From the NCBI GenBank assembly GCA_013265495.1, contig MU063886.1:1116001-1180000 (forward strand): a stretch of 64,000 nt of DNA, read 5' to 3'. The DNA is from Vicugna vicugna. Lineage: Eukaryota. Below the pieces are notes generated by a model. That model was not told where the DNA came from, searched no databases, and was given only the letters and a program-made list of their open reading frames with translations. A program made the position numbers and the translations under genes. Shown here piece after piece: positions 49,489-62,200 of this stretch (within the stretch, counting starts at the first letter, position 1; each line of letters opens with the position of its first letter).

Positions 49489-49976
49489 TGCTAACCAAAA
49501 CTTGGCACTTGCCACCTGCCTCTACAAGGATTGGACCACTTGCCATCTACCTCTGCTGGGATTAGCTCACGAGCCACTGCAGCCGCTGACCTCCAACACT
49601 CCCAGGAAGGAATTCAGGAATGAGGTGCTCTGTGCTCTGGGGAAACTGGCTGAACAGGCCTTCAGATAGTTAGATATTTTCAGGAACAATTTTATGAGCC
49701 CAATTCTTGGGTTTCCTCATATCGAGAAAAGCACTGAAATCACTAAAGATGCCCCCTGCTCCTTGGGACCAGCAGCAGGCCTCTGCCGAAATGTGTGCTT
49801 GACTGCACGTGCCCCCTTCACTGAAGTCATATGTAACACTGAGCCCCCCCCCGCCCCTCTGGAACAGTTTCTCAGGACGTTCTGAGACGTCATCTCCCGG
49901 CCTATAGTCCTAATTTTGCCCTGAATAAAACTTAACTGACAACTCCCACGTCATGTGATTTTTATCTCAGTTGACA
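49489..49976 (+). mobile_element. Solo ERV1-class LTR, full length, TSD CTAT
   Basis: TG...CA termini with CTAT on both sides (49485-49488, 49977-49980). AATAAA at 49924-49929; ends tcagttgaca. Confidence 0.88.
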
Positions 49977-49980
49977 CTAT

Positions 49981-51195
49981 CCATGTCCCTTCTGGTCACC
50001 AAACGTGTGGAGTTTCCACCAGCTGGCTAATTTGCTGGCTGTCCTACAGTCCAACTCAATCTGCTACTGTCTGTGTGGAGATGGTGTCACACCCCACAGG
50101 GTAAGGGGGCAGATACGCTTCTTTGGCATAAGGATATTTTGAGATGATTGTTTCTGAAAGGCTAAAAACACGGGAGAATCTCTGAAAACAGAGAACAAGT
50201 TGCCCGTCTGGGAGGGAAATTTACATTTACAAGGACACTCCATTTGTGACCTTGCCCTTGTTTACTGTGCTTTTCCTGTTCAGTTCCCGTAACTGACTCG
50301 CAGTTCCCCAAGGTCTTTCGTCTTCAGCTGGTATTTAAGGTGAGGGGTTGAGCTGTTTGGGGGAGTTGCTCCGTGTTCCTGGGATCTCCCATGTATACAG
50401 GAGGTATCCGTGTTCCTAAACTTGTTTGTTTTTCTCCTGTTAATCTGTCTTTTATGACTGGGGTTCTCCACCAAGAATTCAGAAGGGCAGAGGGAACTTT
50501 TTTTTTTTCCTCCTCTACAGCTCAGTCCAACAAGGCTGGCCCCACTTCAGATGCCAAACACAACTCCTGGGCCTCCTGTACTTCTGACTGACAAGCTATA
50601 AACCGAGGCTTCCCATGACCCCCTCCTCAGGTTTGACAATTTGCTAGGATGGCTCACAGAACTCAGGAAAACACTTTTATCTACTAGATGACCAGTCTAT
50701 TATAAAAGAATACAGCTCAGGAACAGCCAGAAGTAAGAGCTACACAGGGCAAAGTACCCTCTGGATGCACTGACCTCCCAGAACCTCCATGTGTTCACCA
50801 AACCGGAAGCTTTCCAAACTGTAGATTAGCTTTCTTCATGCAGGTTTTATTAGGTAGGCATGACTGACTGAATCACTGGCCATCAGTAACTGGCTCAACC
50901 TCCACCCCCTCTCTCCCTGGGAGTTGGAGGGCTTTGGGAAGGTGGGGGCAGGAGCGGAAGCCGAACGTTCCAGCCCTCTAACCATGCGGTTAGCTTCTCT
51001 GGCAACCAGTCCCCATCCTTATTGACTTTCCAAACATCACCTCGTTAATACAAACTCAGGTGTGGTTGAAAGGGGTTTGTTATATGAGTAACACAAGCCT
51101 ATCTTCTCACCGTTAACACTCATCACTTAGGAAATCCCAAAAGTCTACTCCAGGAATGAGGACAAGGACCAGTATATTATACATCACACTATCAC
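49981..51195 (-). mobile_element. MER21-family LTR, split by a nested LTR
   Basis: The reverse complement of 50560-50665 (gagttctgtgagccatcctagcaaattgtcaaacctgaggagggggtcatggg) aligns to the MER21 copy at 43.9 kb. The MER21 motif cccacagg...gctcagtcc is separated by about 420 bp of foreign sequence. Confidence 0.8.
50100..50519 (+). mobile_element. ERV1-class LTR nested inside MER21
   Basis: Begins gtaagggggcagatacgcttctttggcataaggatattttgag and ends ttttcctcctctaca, both typical LTR termini. The 5' junction and TSD are ambiguous. Confidence 0.7.
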
Positions 51196-53184
51196 CGGTG
51201 CTGTACAACTGCCAAGTTCAAACCTAATTTTACAGGCTCTCCTATCAAATTTTGGAGTTGGATGGGACCTTACATCAAGTCCAACATTCATTTTGCTGAA
51301 GAGTCACTGGGTGCAATCAGTGCAAGTGACTTACAATTTTTACACTTAAAAATGGTGCACCCCAAGCAGGCATCTTCCTTGCTGTCAGGAGGAAGCTCTA
51401 TCCACAGTCACTGTCTCCCACTGCTCATTTCCTGTCTCACCATCCTGGGTGGTAGGAAGTAGGTGGTCATGAGGGGTCTCACAAGAGATGGGGTTAGAAA
51501 GTGCCTTGTAGATGGTTGGGATTTTCTAGATGAAAGAGGGCAGGCCCTTGGGTGATGTCACAGCTTGTGTAACGCCCCAGGTGTAGGACCTATGAAATGT
51601 GTCTGTGGGACACCAACTACGTTCTCCTTCCCAAAGGCTGTCTTCATAGAGGGGGCAGGAGGCCATCTGGAATTCAAAATTAAAGGCAAACTGGAGGCAG
51701 ATCATGCACAGTCTTGAGTACCTTCCTTGAACTATCTCCAACCCAGATTTATCCACTGAGTGACAGGAAGTCTTTGAAAGTTGTGAAATATGAGAGAAAT
51801 TCAGAACAGCGGTGTTCCAGGAAGATTAATCAAGTGGCAACGTGCAGAATGGTTCAGGCCAAGGGACTTTTGCCTTAATGTTGCCTGGGGTAGACATTGT
51901 AATTTTTTTGTCTAGCACATCATCCCCACCTCCTTGGATATCAGAAGTCCTCTTCCCCTCCTGGAACACTTTGCTAATGGTTAAGATGGATGCTGTCCCA
52001 CCAGAGTACCACCATCACAAAGGAGGGCCTGCCACTCAGTCTGGGGAAAGCCCATCCACCTCTGGCCATAAATTCTCATCTAGGAATAAACATTTGTCCC
52101 ACATCAGGATAATTAGAATCTTCCCCAGTGTTTTTCTGCCAGAACTATTAAGAAACTCTTCCAGGGGAACTGCTAAGGAGGTATTTGTGATGGAGGGGCC
52201 ACAGCAGCCACTTTGCACAACACGGTGAGGAGGATTTCCTGGTTGATAAGCTTAATCCAAGTCCTTGTAAGTGGTAACTTCTAAGCTTTAGTGGCAAAAG
52301 GAGGTGGCCCAGAGCTGAGTTTGAGAGTTGAGTTGCTCTGCATGAGAAAATGGGAAGAATTTGTTTCTATATTTTCTTAACTAATGCCTGTTAAAGGAAA
52401 CCTTTTTTAAAAGGCTGCCACATAACAACATAGTCCTGTGGTAATTTGGGGGAATGAAAGTGTGGGAGGCAGATGGGAGTGGAATGAAGGCAACAGAGAA
52501 GAATCAGAGCAAGAGAAAATGGAGGAACTGGGACCTCACTTTTGAACCTGGAAACTGGATTGGAGACCAAAAGAAAACTGAATTTGAAAATGAAATGAAC
52601 CTGAAAAGGTCGGCACAGTAGGAAAGAAGGTCAGCATGGTGCAAGATGGGAAGGCTACTCTTGGAAGAAGCCAACGCATGAGGAAGTGAGAACCCAAGTT
52701 CCCGGGGAATTCTCAGAAAAGTCCCTCTCAGGGACTTTCCACAAGATGTCAGTAGGGGGTTCAGGCCAGTCTCTTCTAGATTAAGGGGCTTTATAATCCT
52801 GAGAACTTACGGGAACATGTCAAACTTTAGTGGAAAGAACTGGCCTCAGGGTGAGAAGGCCTGGCTCCAGAGTTCACTTACTTCTGTGTCAAGCTGTCTG
52901 GACTTTCTGACTCGATTTCCTTCCCTACAAAAGGATGGACTTGGACTGGAGGAGCTTAAATGGCCCTTTCAGTTTTAAAATACCACTATCTGTGATTACA
53001 AACAAACCGTGCGGGATGCCTGCATGGAACAGAAAACAAGGTGGAACCCGTGGAGATGCACATTTCTTAGGGGGTGAGGGCGCTTTTGTGGCTCTCTTCT
53101 TAGTCTGGAAAGATCCAGGAATAACACCTTTCTGAAAGTTTAGGTTGTTTAATAGATACAGGACCCGATAGGGCTGGATAACAG

Positions 53185-53320
53185 CTCCAATCATCAGGAC
53201 CTGTTTAATACGCTTGCTCTGTGCCAGGCGCAGAGAAATATGATTAACATGTATCAACCTTGCAACACAGCTTTAGGGCAGGGACTAGTGCCATCCCTTT
53301 CCCAGGGAACTGAGCCACCA
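53185..53320 (-). mobile_element. MIR SINE fragment
   Basis: gcttgctctgtgccaggcg...tatcaaccttgcaacacagctttagggcagggactagtgccatccctttcccagggaactgagcc. Confidence 0.6.
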
Positions 53321-53856
53321 CGATCAAGCAGTCTTCCCAGTTCACACCCGCTGAGGGTCCACACTGGGATTATCATGATCACCCTGGTGGTCAGAGTCCA
53401 CAGGCTGTTTCCTGAACAACCACATCACCCTGCCACACAGTGGTGGACAGCTGAATTGGCAACGCCACTTCCGCTCATGATCTGCCACACAAGCCTCAGA
53501 ACACCCCCTTCACGGCGGCAGGACCAGGACTACCGTTCCTGTTTTATAGTTGAAGAAATGGAAGGATCTGCCCAGACCTCAGAGAGAAGCTCCAGGACCC
53601 AGACCCAGAGGTTCTGATAACAAAGCAGTCTCCTGCTGGGACACATACCAGGGTCATAAACAAAGGCAATAAAATCTTCCAGATGTGCTTTCAGGAACCT
53701 GAAATTCGGATACTCTGAGTTCCTCAAACTGAAGGAGCTGAGAAGGACCTATCTGACCTGAGGCTGTGGATTAAACGCTACATCGTGTGCACAATGGATC
53801 TCTTACCCACTCCCTCCTTCTGCTCTAGAATGATCCACTGGCATGCAACTAAATAG

Positions 53857-54009
53857 AAACCAGCAGCCTCCATCATAACCTCCTGCCAGCATCTCTCTCC
53901 TTTGCAAAAACCAGCAGCCTCCATCATAACCTCCTGCCAGCATCTCTCTCCTTTGCAAAAACCAGCAGCCTCCATCATAACCTCCTGCCAGCATCTCTCT
54001 CCTTTGCAA
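53857..54009. repeat. Perfect tandem repeat, 3 x 51 bp (minisatellite)
   Basis: AAACCAGCAGCCTCCATCATAACCTCCTGCCAGCATCTCTCTCCTTTGCAA starts at 53857, 53908 and 53959 with no mismatches. Confidence 0.96.
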
Positions 54010-54519
54010 ACTTGGAATTCACAGTGCATGCTGGGTTCCTGAGTCAGGACCAGGAAGCTGAGCGCTGGTATACAAAGATGACCTGCAGGGGTCCGAGGGG
54101 GTGACTCAGATGCTGTCGGGGCTTGGCAGTGCCAGAGCATGAACACACAGGCTCACACGGACAAACACGGCCATCCTGTCTCCACAGTGTCTGCCTGGGA
54201 GTGGAAGTGCATGTCTCTCCAGTGGTTTCTAACCAGTGTTTTGACTCAGCTGCTGTAATGAGGCCAAAACACCAGCCAGCTTTCCATGAACTCCTAAGAT
54301 TAAAGGCCACTTACTGCCTCTGTCTAACATCAGTAATGCCTCATTCGCAGCTACCCCAATTTTAGCCACAGTTATCAGCTCCAGTTTGTGGAAATTTGGC
54401 TTGATGATGTCAGCAGCAGCAGATTTAGCTCCCTGGCTTCAATCGGGGTTTTCAGAAGGAATTGCATTCTTCAACTAAGGGACCACTTGAAACCTGCAGG
54501 AGCAACAGCTCACTGTAGT

Positions 54520-55740
54520 TTCGATCTGCATTTTCCTGATGGTTAGAGAGGTTAGGGGTGGGAGGGGGCGCTGATTCTAAGGCTAAGACAGAGAAAATAT
54601 AAGATGAGCCTCAAGGGTCAGGCAGCACTGGAAAGCAGTGCATGCTAATGAATAGATGGATGGATAGATGGGTGGATGGATGGACAGATGGACAGATGGA
54701 TAGAGCAGGTCAGAAAGTCCTGGGAGTTAACCCAAAGAGATTCCAATGGCAAAATAAATAATGACAACATTTAGTGCTGGATTATAACCTGAAGAGTAAA
54801 ACAAACATCCACAAGTGCTTACTGAGATAAAGAGCCAATTAAGTAAATCAGTAATTAGAGGGGAAGGGACGAATATTCCGTACAGAAGAATTCCCAATTA
54901 ATACATGTAGGATGAACGAGAGAATTAAAACATCACCATTAGAATACCAAAGTGATAATTGCTGCCGGCGAGATCCACTGATGAAGGCGAAAATTAGTGG
55001 GTGAAGCTTCAAGGATATTTTAAACAGGGTGTTTGCATAACCCCCAAGTTCGTCCCACTGTATCTGTTAATTACTGTAGGTGGCTTTAACATATGTTTGC
55101 AAATTGTCTGGTACCCCTCCCTCCGAGAGGTGGGACTTCACTTCCCTCCCCCCTTGAATTTGAGCTGGATTTAGTGATTGCTTCTGATAAATAGCATATA
55201 GAAAGGGAAAAATAATGATTTTACAGTGCAGAAACCTGACAGACACCATCTTCAGGAAGTGGACAAACACAGTATCACCTGCTGTGTCCTCCTGACGCCA
55301 CGGCATCCTGACACATGCAGTGAGCAGGGGCTGTCCCTGCCGTGTTACCCGCCCCCCCCCAAATCCATTACCCCAGGATAGTCATCAGAAATCATGAGAT
55401 GAACCTAAACTGAGGGTGTCCTATAAGATACCTGAACAGTTCTCTTCAAAAGTGCCGACATGAAAAACAAGGAAAGATGAAGGCAACTTCATAGATGGGG
55501 AAGACAAACAAGACACAAATGGGTGTAACGTACAGTCCTGGACTGGATGCAGAAACAGGAAAGACCATTACTGGAAAAGCTGATGATGCCCTGACGAAGT
55601 GTTAATTTAGCTATACCGACCATGGTTATGTAAGAAGGTAAGATGAGGGAAACTGGATGAAGAATGTGTAGGAAACCTCTGTAACCTCTTTGAAATCTAA
55701 AATTATTTAGAAATCGAAAAAACATTTTTTTAAACCACAA
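54520..55740 (+). mobile_element. Old L1MC/L1MD-like 3' UTR, with a (GGAT/GGAC)n tract at 54645-54705
   Basis: cagaaacctgacagacaccatcttc..., gtcctggactggatgcagaaacaggaaagacc..., ccatggttatgtaagaaggtaagatgaggggaaactgg...tgaaatctaaaattattt. Confidence 0.65.
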
Positions 55741-55899
55741 GCATACTTAAATTAATTTAAAGAATCCCAGCCATATGACGAATGTAAGAAACACACCCCT
55801 AAAACAAAGTATCATGCAAAAGAAAATTACACACACACACTATGCATATACACACACGCACACATACATATATATTATAGATAAGAACATATATTAGGT

Positions 55900-56940
55900 A
55901 AGTTTGAGCAAAAAGGAAAGCAAAGTGATAAGGTTACAATTAACACTACATGCAGGGCAAAATGCATTAAAGGGGAAATAATTCATTTCAGTTTGGTAAT
56001 AATTACCAACCTCAGTAAAGATATAATGGCATGAAACTTTATCGATCAAATGAACTGTCTCCACAATATATAAGGTAAAAATTCTTGTATGTGTAGACAA
56101 CATTAACAGAACTATGAATGTTGATGATTTTAACATACCACATTTGGTCAAGTAGACATAGCATGCATAATTGGATAATAAAAGAAGTAAGGTTGATTTA
56201 CTAGATACGTCAAGCTTTTTAACCAACAGAGAATACATATTCTTTACAAGTTCCCAAGGGGAACTTAAAAATTGATCATAATCTGCAAGACAAAAAACCT
56301 TCAAAGATTTCTAAAAGGAAAAGAATGTAAAGGGTATCTTATGTGGTTACATTGCAATAAAACTAGAAATTGACAGAATTTAAAACAAACGCAGCAAAAA
56401 AAACTACTCAGAAATGAGGAAAAAAGAAACTAACATTGTCCTACAAATATTGTGCAAAGAAGGTAATAAAAATTTCAATGACAGGACACTGAAGTGAAAA
56501 CAAAACTGAGAACATTATACATAAAACCTCAGAATTTAGTCAAAACCAGTCAGAGGCAAATTATAGATTAAATGCTTTCATTTCAAAAAAGAATAAGAAA
56601 AACTAAATTAAATGATCAAGTCAGTAAGACGGAAATTGGGCAGTAACCACAAATTCAGGACAAAGAAATTAATAAAGTTAGAAAAATAAGTTTTAAAGGA
56701 GTAAATAAAATCAATAATTTAAGGCTGGTTCTTTAAAAATAAATAACATAGGTAAAGCTCTGCTTATTTTAATCAAGAACAAAAAAAAAAAAGAAAGAAG
56801 TAACCACAGGAAAAAATGTAGAGAAAATTTTAAATATTAAAATCTGAAAAAATGGATACTATTTTGAAAAAAATGATTAAAATAATTGACTTAGGAAGAA
56901 GAACATTCATACTAAAAAAAAGAAAAGAAATTAAAGCTCA
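55900..56940 (+). mobile_element. Highly degraded L1M ORF2 (endonuclease-linker region)
   Basis: aaccaacagagaatacatattctttacaagttccc...aaaattgatcata...aataaaactagaaat...aaggctggttctttaaaaa...ggtaaagctctgc correspond to the L1 ORF2 N-terminal third. Confidence 0.65.
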
Positions 56941-56974
56941 ATGAAACAGATGTGTGAAAAAAGATCCATACATT

Positions 56975-58350
56975 TTCTTCAGCCAAATGGTTCCAGAAAG
57001 CTGGACAGCCACATAGAAATCAATGGAGTTAGAACACTCCCTCACACCATACACAAAAATAAACTCCAAATGGCTTAAGGACATAAACAGAAGTTTTGAT
57101 ACCTTAGAACAGAGGGAAAACATTCTCTGACAAATCGTAGCAATATTTTCTTGTATCAGTCTCCCAAAGTAGAAGAAATAAAAGCAAAAATAAAACAAAT
57201 GGGACCTAATCAAAAGTATAAGCTTTTGCATAGCAAAGGAAACCATAAACAAAACAAAAAGACAGCCTACCGACTGGAAGAAAATGATACGACTCACAGG
57301 GGATTAATTTCCGAAACATATAAACAGCTCATATAACTCAATAATAAAAACAAGCAAAAATCCGAACAACCCAATCAAAAAAATGGGCAGAAGACCTAAA
57401 TAGACATTCTCCAAAAATGACATACAGATGATCAACAGATACATGAAAAGATGTTTAACATTGCTATTTATTAGAGAACTGCAAATGAAAACCACAAAGA
57501 GGTATCACTTCACACCCGTCAGGATGGCCATCATCACAAAGTCTACAAATAATAGATGCTGGAGAGAGTGTGGTGAAAAGAGAACCCTCTTACACCGCTG
57601 GTGGGAATACAAATTAGTGTAGCCACTATGGAGAACAGTATGGAGATTCCTTAAAAAATTGAAAGTGGAGTTACCATATGATTCAGCAATCCCACTCCTG
57701 GGTATATATCTGGAAAAGATGAGAAATTTCATTTGAAAAAGATACACGCACCCCAATCTTCATAGAAGTACTTTTTACAACAGCCAAGACGTGGAAGCAA
57801 TCTTAGTATCCATAAACAGATGAATGAGTAAAGACGACGTGGTGTATGTGTATACAATGGAAGATTACTCAGACTTAAGAAAGGATGAAATAATGCCATT
57901 TGCAGCAACATGGATGGACCTAAAGGTTATCATCATACTAAGGGAAGACAGACAGAGAAAGACAAATGTCATATGATATCACTTATATATGGAATCTAAA
58001 ATATGATACAAATGAACTTACTTACAAAACAGAAATAGACTCAGACACAGGAAACAAACTTACGGTTACCAAAGGGGAAGCAGGGGGAGGGATAAATTAG
58101 GAGTACAGGACTAACAGATATACACTACTATATATAACATAGATAACAAGGATTTACTGTATGGCACTGGGAACTATATTCAGTATCTTGTAGTAACCTA
58201 TAGTGGAAAAGAATTGGAAAAAAGCGTATATATACATATACACACACACACACACACACATACATATATATGTATGTGTAACCAAATCACTTGGCTATAC
58301 ACCTGAAAATAACTCACCATTGTAAATCAACTATACCTCATTAAAAACAT
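56975..58350 (+). mobile_element. 5'-truncated LINE-1 (cetartiodactyl-type), unmasked; ORF2 remnant broken by stops and frameshifts
   Basis: caaatggttccagaaagctggacagccac...cagcaatcccactcctgggtatatatc...full 3' UTR. Colinear with the 36.3-kb copy. Confidence 0.95.
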
Positions 58351-58559
58351 TTTTAAATGTGCATGATGAAAATTTACTCTAGAAAAAGTTGAAAATTTAT
58401 CCAAATCACAAGTACAATGATACATATACAGTCATCAGGAGGGAAGGAGAGAGAAGAATTCAGTATCATCTCTTCTTATTTTACCAGTGCATTTTTAATC
58501 ACTAACAGATGTGAAAACTATTGAGATGGCCACAGAAGCTTTTTTTGGGGGGGCACTGA

Positions 58560-58900
58560 ATGGGTACTTTTCTCAGCCGTGGACTGACCTTGTATCCTAT
58601 GAATCTGCTTTGCTGCAGGGTTTTTGTCTCTGACAATCATCCATGCTGTTCCATGTGTCAGCAGTCTGTTCATTTTGATGGCTGATGGGCATTCAATCCT
58701 GTAAATGGAATTCAGTTCAGTTCAGTCCAGTCCAATCCAATCCTACTCTATTAAATTTTATAGAACTCAAATTCGAAGATATACCACAGTTCATTTACCC
58801 ATTCTACAGTAAATGGACATTTGTGGGTCCTTCCCATCCCACAAATCCCCGGTTTTTGGTTTACACAAATAAAGCTTCTATAAACATTCTCGTACAAGAA
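58560..58900 (-). mobile_element. Old L1ME-like 3' fragment with an embedded pentamer tract (TTCAG)3TCCAG(TCCAA)2
   Basis: atccatgctgttccatgtgtcagcagtctgttcattttgatggctg...ataccacagttcatttacccattctacagtaaatggacatttg. Confidence 0.6.
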
Positions 58901-58919
58901 ATTCTCAGAGCTGTGACCT

Positions 58920-59260
58920 CTTATTGCAGGTTAAGTCCCTAGAAGCAGAGCCTGATACTTGGATTCTGGTGCAGATAATTTATTTCAGGAGTGCTCTCAG
59001 GAGAAACCTAAAAGGGAGGGAGGAAGCAGAGTAAGGATGAGGTCACAGGTCAAATCTTGGATTCTCCTTGAGACAAGGGGGCTGACCTTCTGTACTTTGT
59101 ATCAGTCATCAGTTGTGCTGACCCCTTCTCGGAGTGGGAGTATAACTTCTTGAATGAGGTGGCACCTATCAGCTGAGGACAATTCTCTTGAGGGGGAGCA
59201 GCTGTGAGCCATCAGCCACCAATACTAACAGCAGATGCAGGAAGTGTTCCTTGACCTGGT
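58920..59260 (-). mobile_element. Ancient ERVL LTR (LTR16/LTR33-like)
   Basis: gtccctagaagcagagcctgatacttggattctggtgcagataatttatttcaggagtgctctcaggagaaacc...gagcagctgtgagccatcagccaccaatact. Confidence 0.6.
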
Positions 59261-59269
59261 AGAGCCTTT

Positions 59270-62200
59270 TTGTGGACGTATGTTTTGACATCTCTTGGGT
59301 AAATATCTCAGAGTCAAATTGCTGGGTCACAGGATAGAGGTATGACTTCAAACATATTTTCTGAATTAGTTTTACCATTTTACATCCCCACCGGTGAGTA
59401 TCAGAGCTTCAGTTTCTTCACCTCTTCACCAGCATATGTGGCTGACAGTCATTTAATATTAACTATTCTAGTGGATACAAAGTGCTATCTCACTGCACAT
59501 TTATTTTGTGTTTTCCTGATGATGAATGATCTCGTATCTTTTATGAAGGTTTCTTCATGACTTTTGCCCATTTTAAAATTTCAAGGTCTTCATTATTAAT
59601 AACTAATAATTCCAGATATGCCTTGGTGATGTAAAAGTATTGTGAATATTTTCTCCTAGTCTGCGGCTTCCTTTAATGGTGTTTTTTATGAGCAGATTTA
59701 ATTCTGATGAATTCATATTATTAATTATGCATGGTTAATGCTTTCTGGCATCATCTTAAAGAAATCTTTGCTTACCACAAATTCATAAAGACATTCTACA
59801 TATTCTGCTATAAACTTTACAGTTTTGCCTTTAATGTCTTAAGTCTACAATCCATTTTAAATTAACTTGTATGTATAGTATGAAGAAGATGTGAAGGCTC
59901 ACTTTTTTCCATAGGAATAGCCAGTTATTCCAGCATTCTTTACTGAAAAGACCTTTTATTCCCACTGAAATGATTTGGTACCTTGTCAGAACCAAATGAC
60001 TGTATGACAGTCCATTTCTGGACTCTATAATATTCCACAGATCTAGTTGTCCTTTTTTTACACCCACACCATCCTGCCTTAATGTTGCCACTATAAAATA
60101 AATCTCAAAACCAGGTACTTTAAGTCCCCCAGCATTTTTTATCTTTTAAGTTTCTTTTGGTTATTACAGGGCTCCTTCATTTCCATTAAATTTTAGAATC
60201 ACCTGTCAATTTCTAAACACCCACCCAAAAGAGCCTGTTGTGATTTTGTCACTGTGATGAATGTATGAACAATTTTGAGGGAAATGAACATCTTAACAAT
60301 ATTGTTATTTCCAAACCAGGAACAAGTCATATTTCTCCATTATTTAGGTCTTCTTTAATGATTCTCAATTCTTTTAGCATTGTTTCTCATTTTAAGTGTC
60401 CAAGTTTTGCATACATTTTGTTAAAGATATCTCTAAATATTTTCTATTTTAGGGCAATTGTAAATGGTATGTTTTAATTTCATTTTCCAATTTTTTTTGC
60501 TGCTTTGCAAAGGAGAAATATAATTTTAGTAAATTGACTTTGTTTCCTGTGACCTTTGCTACTCAGTTGTACCAGTTGCTTTTTTTTTTTTTTTAGGATT
60601 TTCTACATAGACAATAAATTTATTTGTGAATAAAGACAATGACTTCTTTGTATCCTCCCTCTCTCTCTCTCTCTCTATATATATATACACACACACACAC
60701 ACACATACATATACAGTCTTTTTATTTTTCTTGCTTTATTTCACTGGCTACAACCTCCAATACAATGTTGAGTAAAAATGATGAGTGTGGATATCCTTGC
60801 CTTGTTTCAGATCTTTGGCAGAAGGCATTCAGAGTGTCACCACTGAGTACAGTATTAGCTGTACATTTTTCAGAAATANNNNNNNNNNNTATTCTTTTTT
60901 GAAGAAGATTTAATCTATTCCTAGTTTGTTGTGCTTGAAAAAAATATCAAGGATGGGTATTGAATTTTGACAAATTTATTTATGTCCATTGAGATGACCT
61001 GATAGCTCTTCCCCTTTATTCTGTTAATGTGACAGATTGCACTGATTGCTTTTCAAATATTAAACTGGCTATCCATTCCTAGAGGGAACTCATACGGTAT
61101 TATCTTTTTCATGTATTTCTGATTTTATTAGCTAATATTAATTAAATAATTAATTAAATTGAGGATTTTTGTTTCATATTTATAAGTGATATTGGTCAGC
61201 ATTTTCATTTTCCTATAATACCTTTGTCTTGTTTTAGTATTTGCATTATACTGGATGCGTAAAATGAATTAGGAAGCATTCCTCCCTCTTCTATTTTTTT
61301 AAGAGTTTATGTAAGATTGGTATTACTTTTTCCTTAAATATTTGATATAACTGAGGTTTCTTTTTGGGAGAAAGAATATTAATTAAATATCTTTAATAGA
61401 GTTTAAACTATTCAGATTTTCTATTTTTTTCCTGAGTCAGTTTTGGTAAATTTTCTTTTTAAAAGAATCCATCTGTTTCATTTAAGTCATCATATGTATA
61501 TTGCCATAAAGTTCACAATTTTCCTTATAGTGTACTTTTTACTATCTATGGGTTCTGTGACAGCATCACCTTCGTCACTTCAGATGCTGGTTATTTGTGT
61601 CTCTTCTTTTTCTTAATTAGTCTTCTCAGGGTCTATCTGTATCAATATTATTTAATCTTTTCAAAGAAACAAGTATTTACTTTGTTGATTTTCTGTATTT
61701 CTTTCTACTATTTTGTAGATGCTCTAAGGATTACAAAGTTCTTCCACAGTTTATCACAGCCTACTTAAAATTAATATGATACCATCATAAGCCATGTAAG
61801 AAATTCGCCACAGTATAGTGCCACGGTTCCATGTTCCCCTTGTCTTCTGTGCTACTGACACACATCTTGTCTCTCCATCATTATCGTCAGCCGTCTTTGA
61901 TTTTCCCGCATACTCACTACTTCTGGTGCTCTTTCTACATTCCTGTAGATGCAGTTTAGCATCTGGTATTATTTCTCTTCAACCCAAAGTGAATAATTTA
62001 GTATATATTGTAGTCCAGGTCTTTCTGTAACAAATTCCTTTAGTTTTACCTTTATTTCACCCTCATCTTAAAAGGATATTTTTAATGCATATAGAATTGA
62101 GGATTTTTTTTCAGAACTTTAAAGATGTTCTGCTGCTTGCGACCTTACTGAAATATACAGTAATTCTTTTTGATGAGCAGTTACTCACATTGGTTTCATT

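Noticed and set aside
53857-54009. CRISPR-like array
   Set aside because: The units are contiguous with no unique spacers, and the DNA is mammalian.
53778-54146. Repeat-containing 'protein' (CKGERCWQEVMMEAAGF x3)
   Set aside because: A by-product of the 51-bp tandem repeat being a multiple of 3. No splice or promoter context.
58711-58743. (TTCAG)n as the tail of a ruminant Bov-A2 SINE
   Set aside because: It is not followed by the Bov-A body (tcgctcagtcgtgtccgac...). It decays into TCCAG/TCCAA units, so it is a simple pentamer tract.
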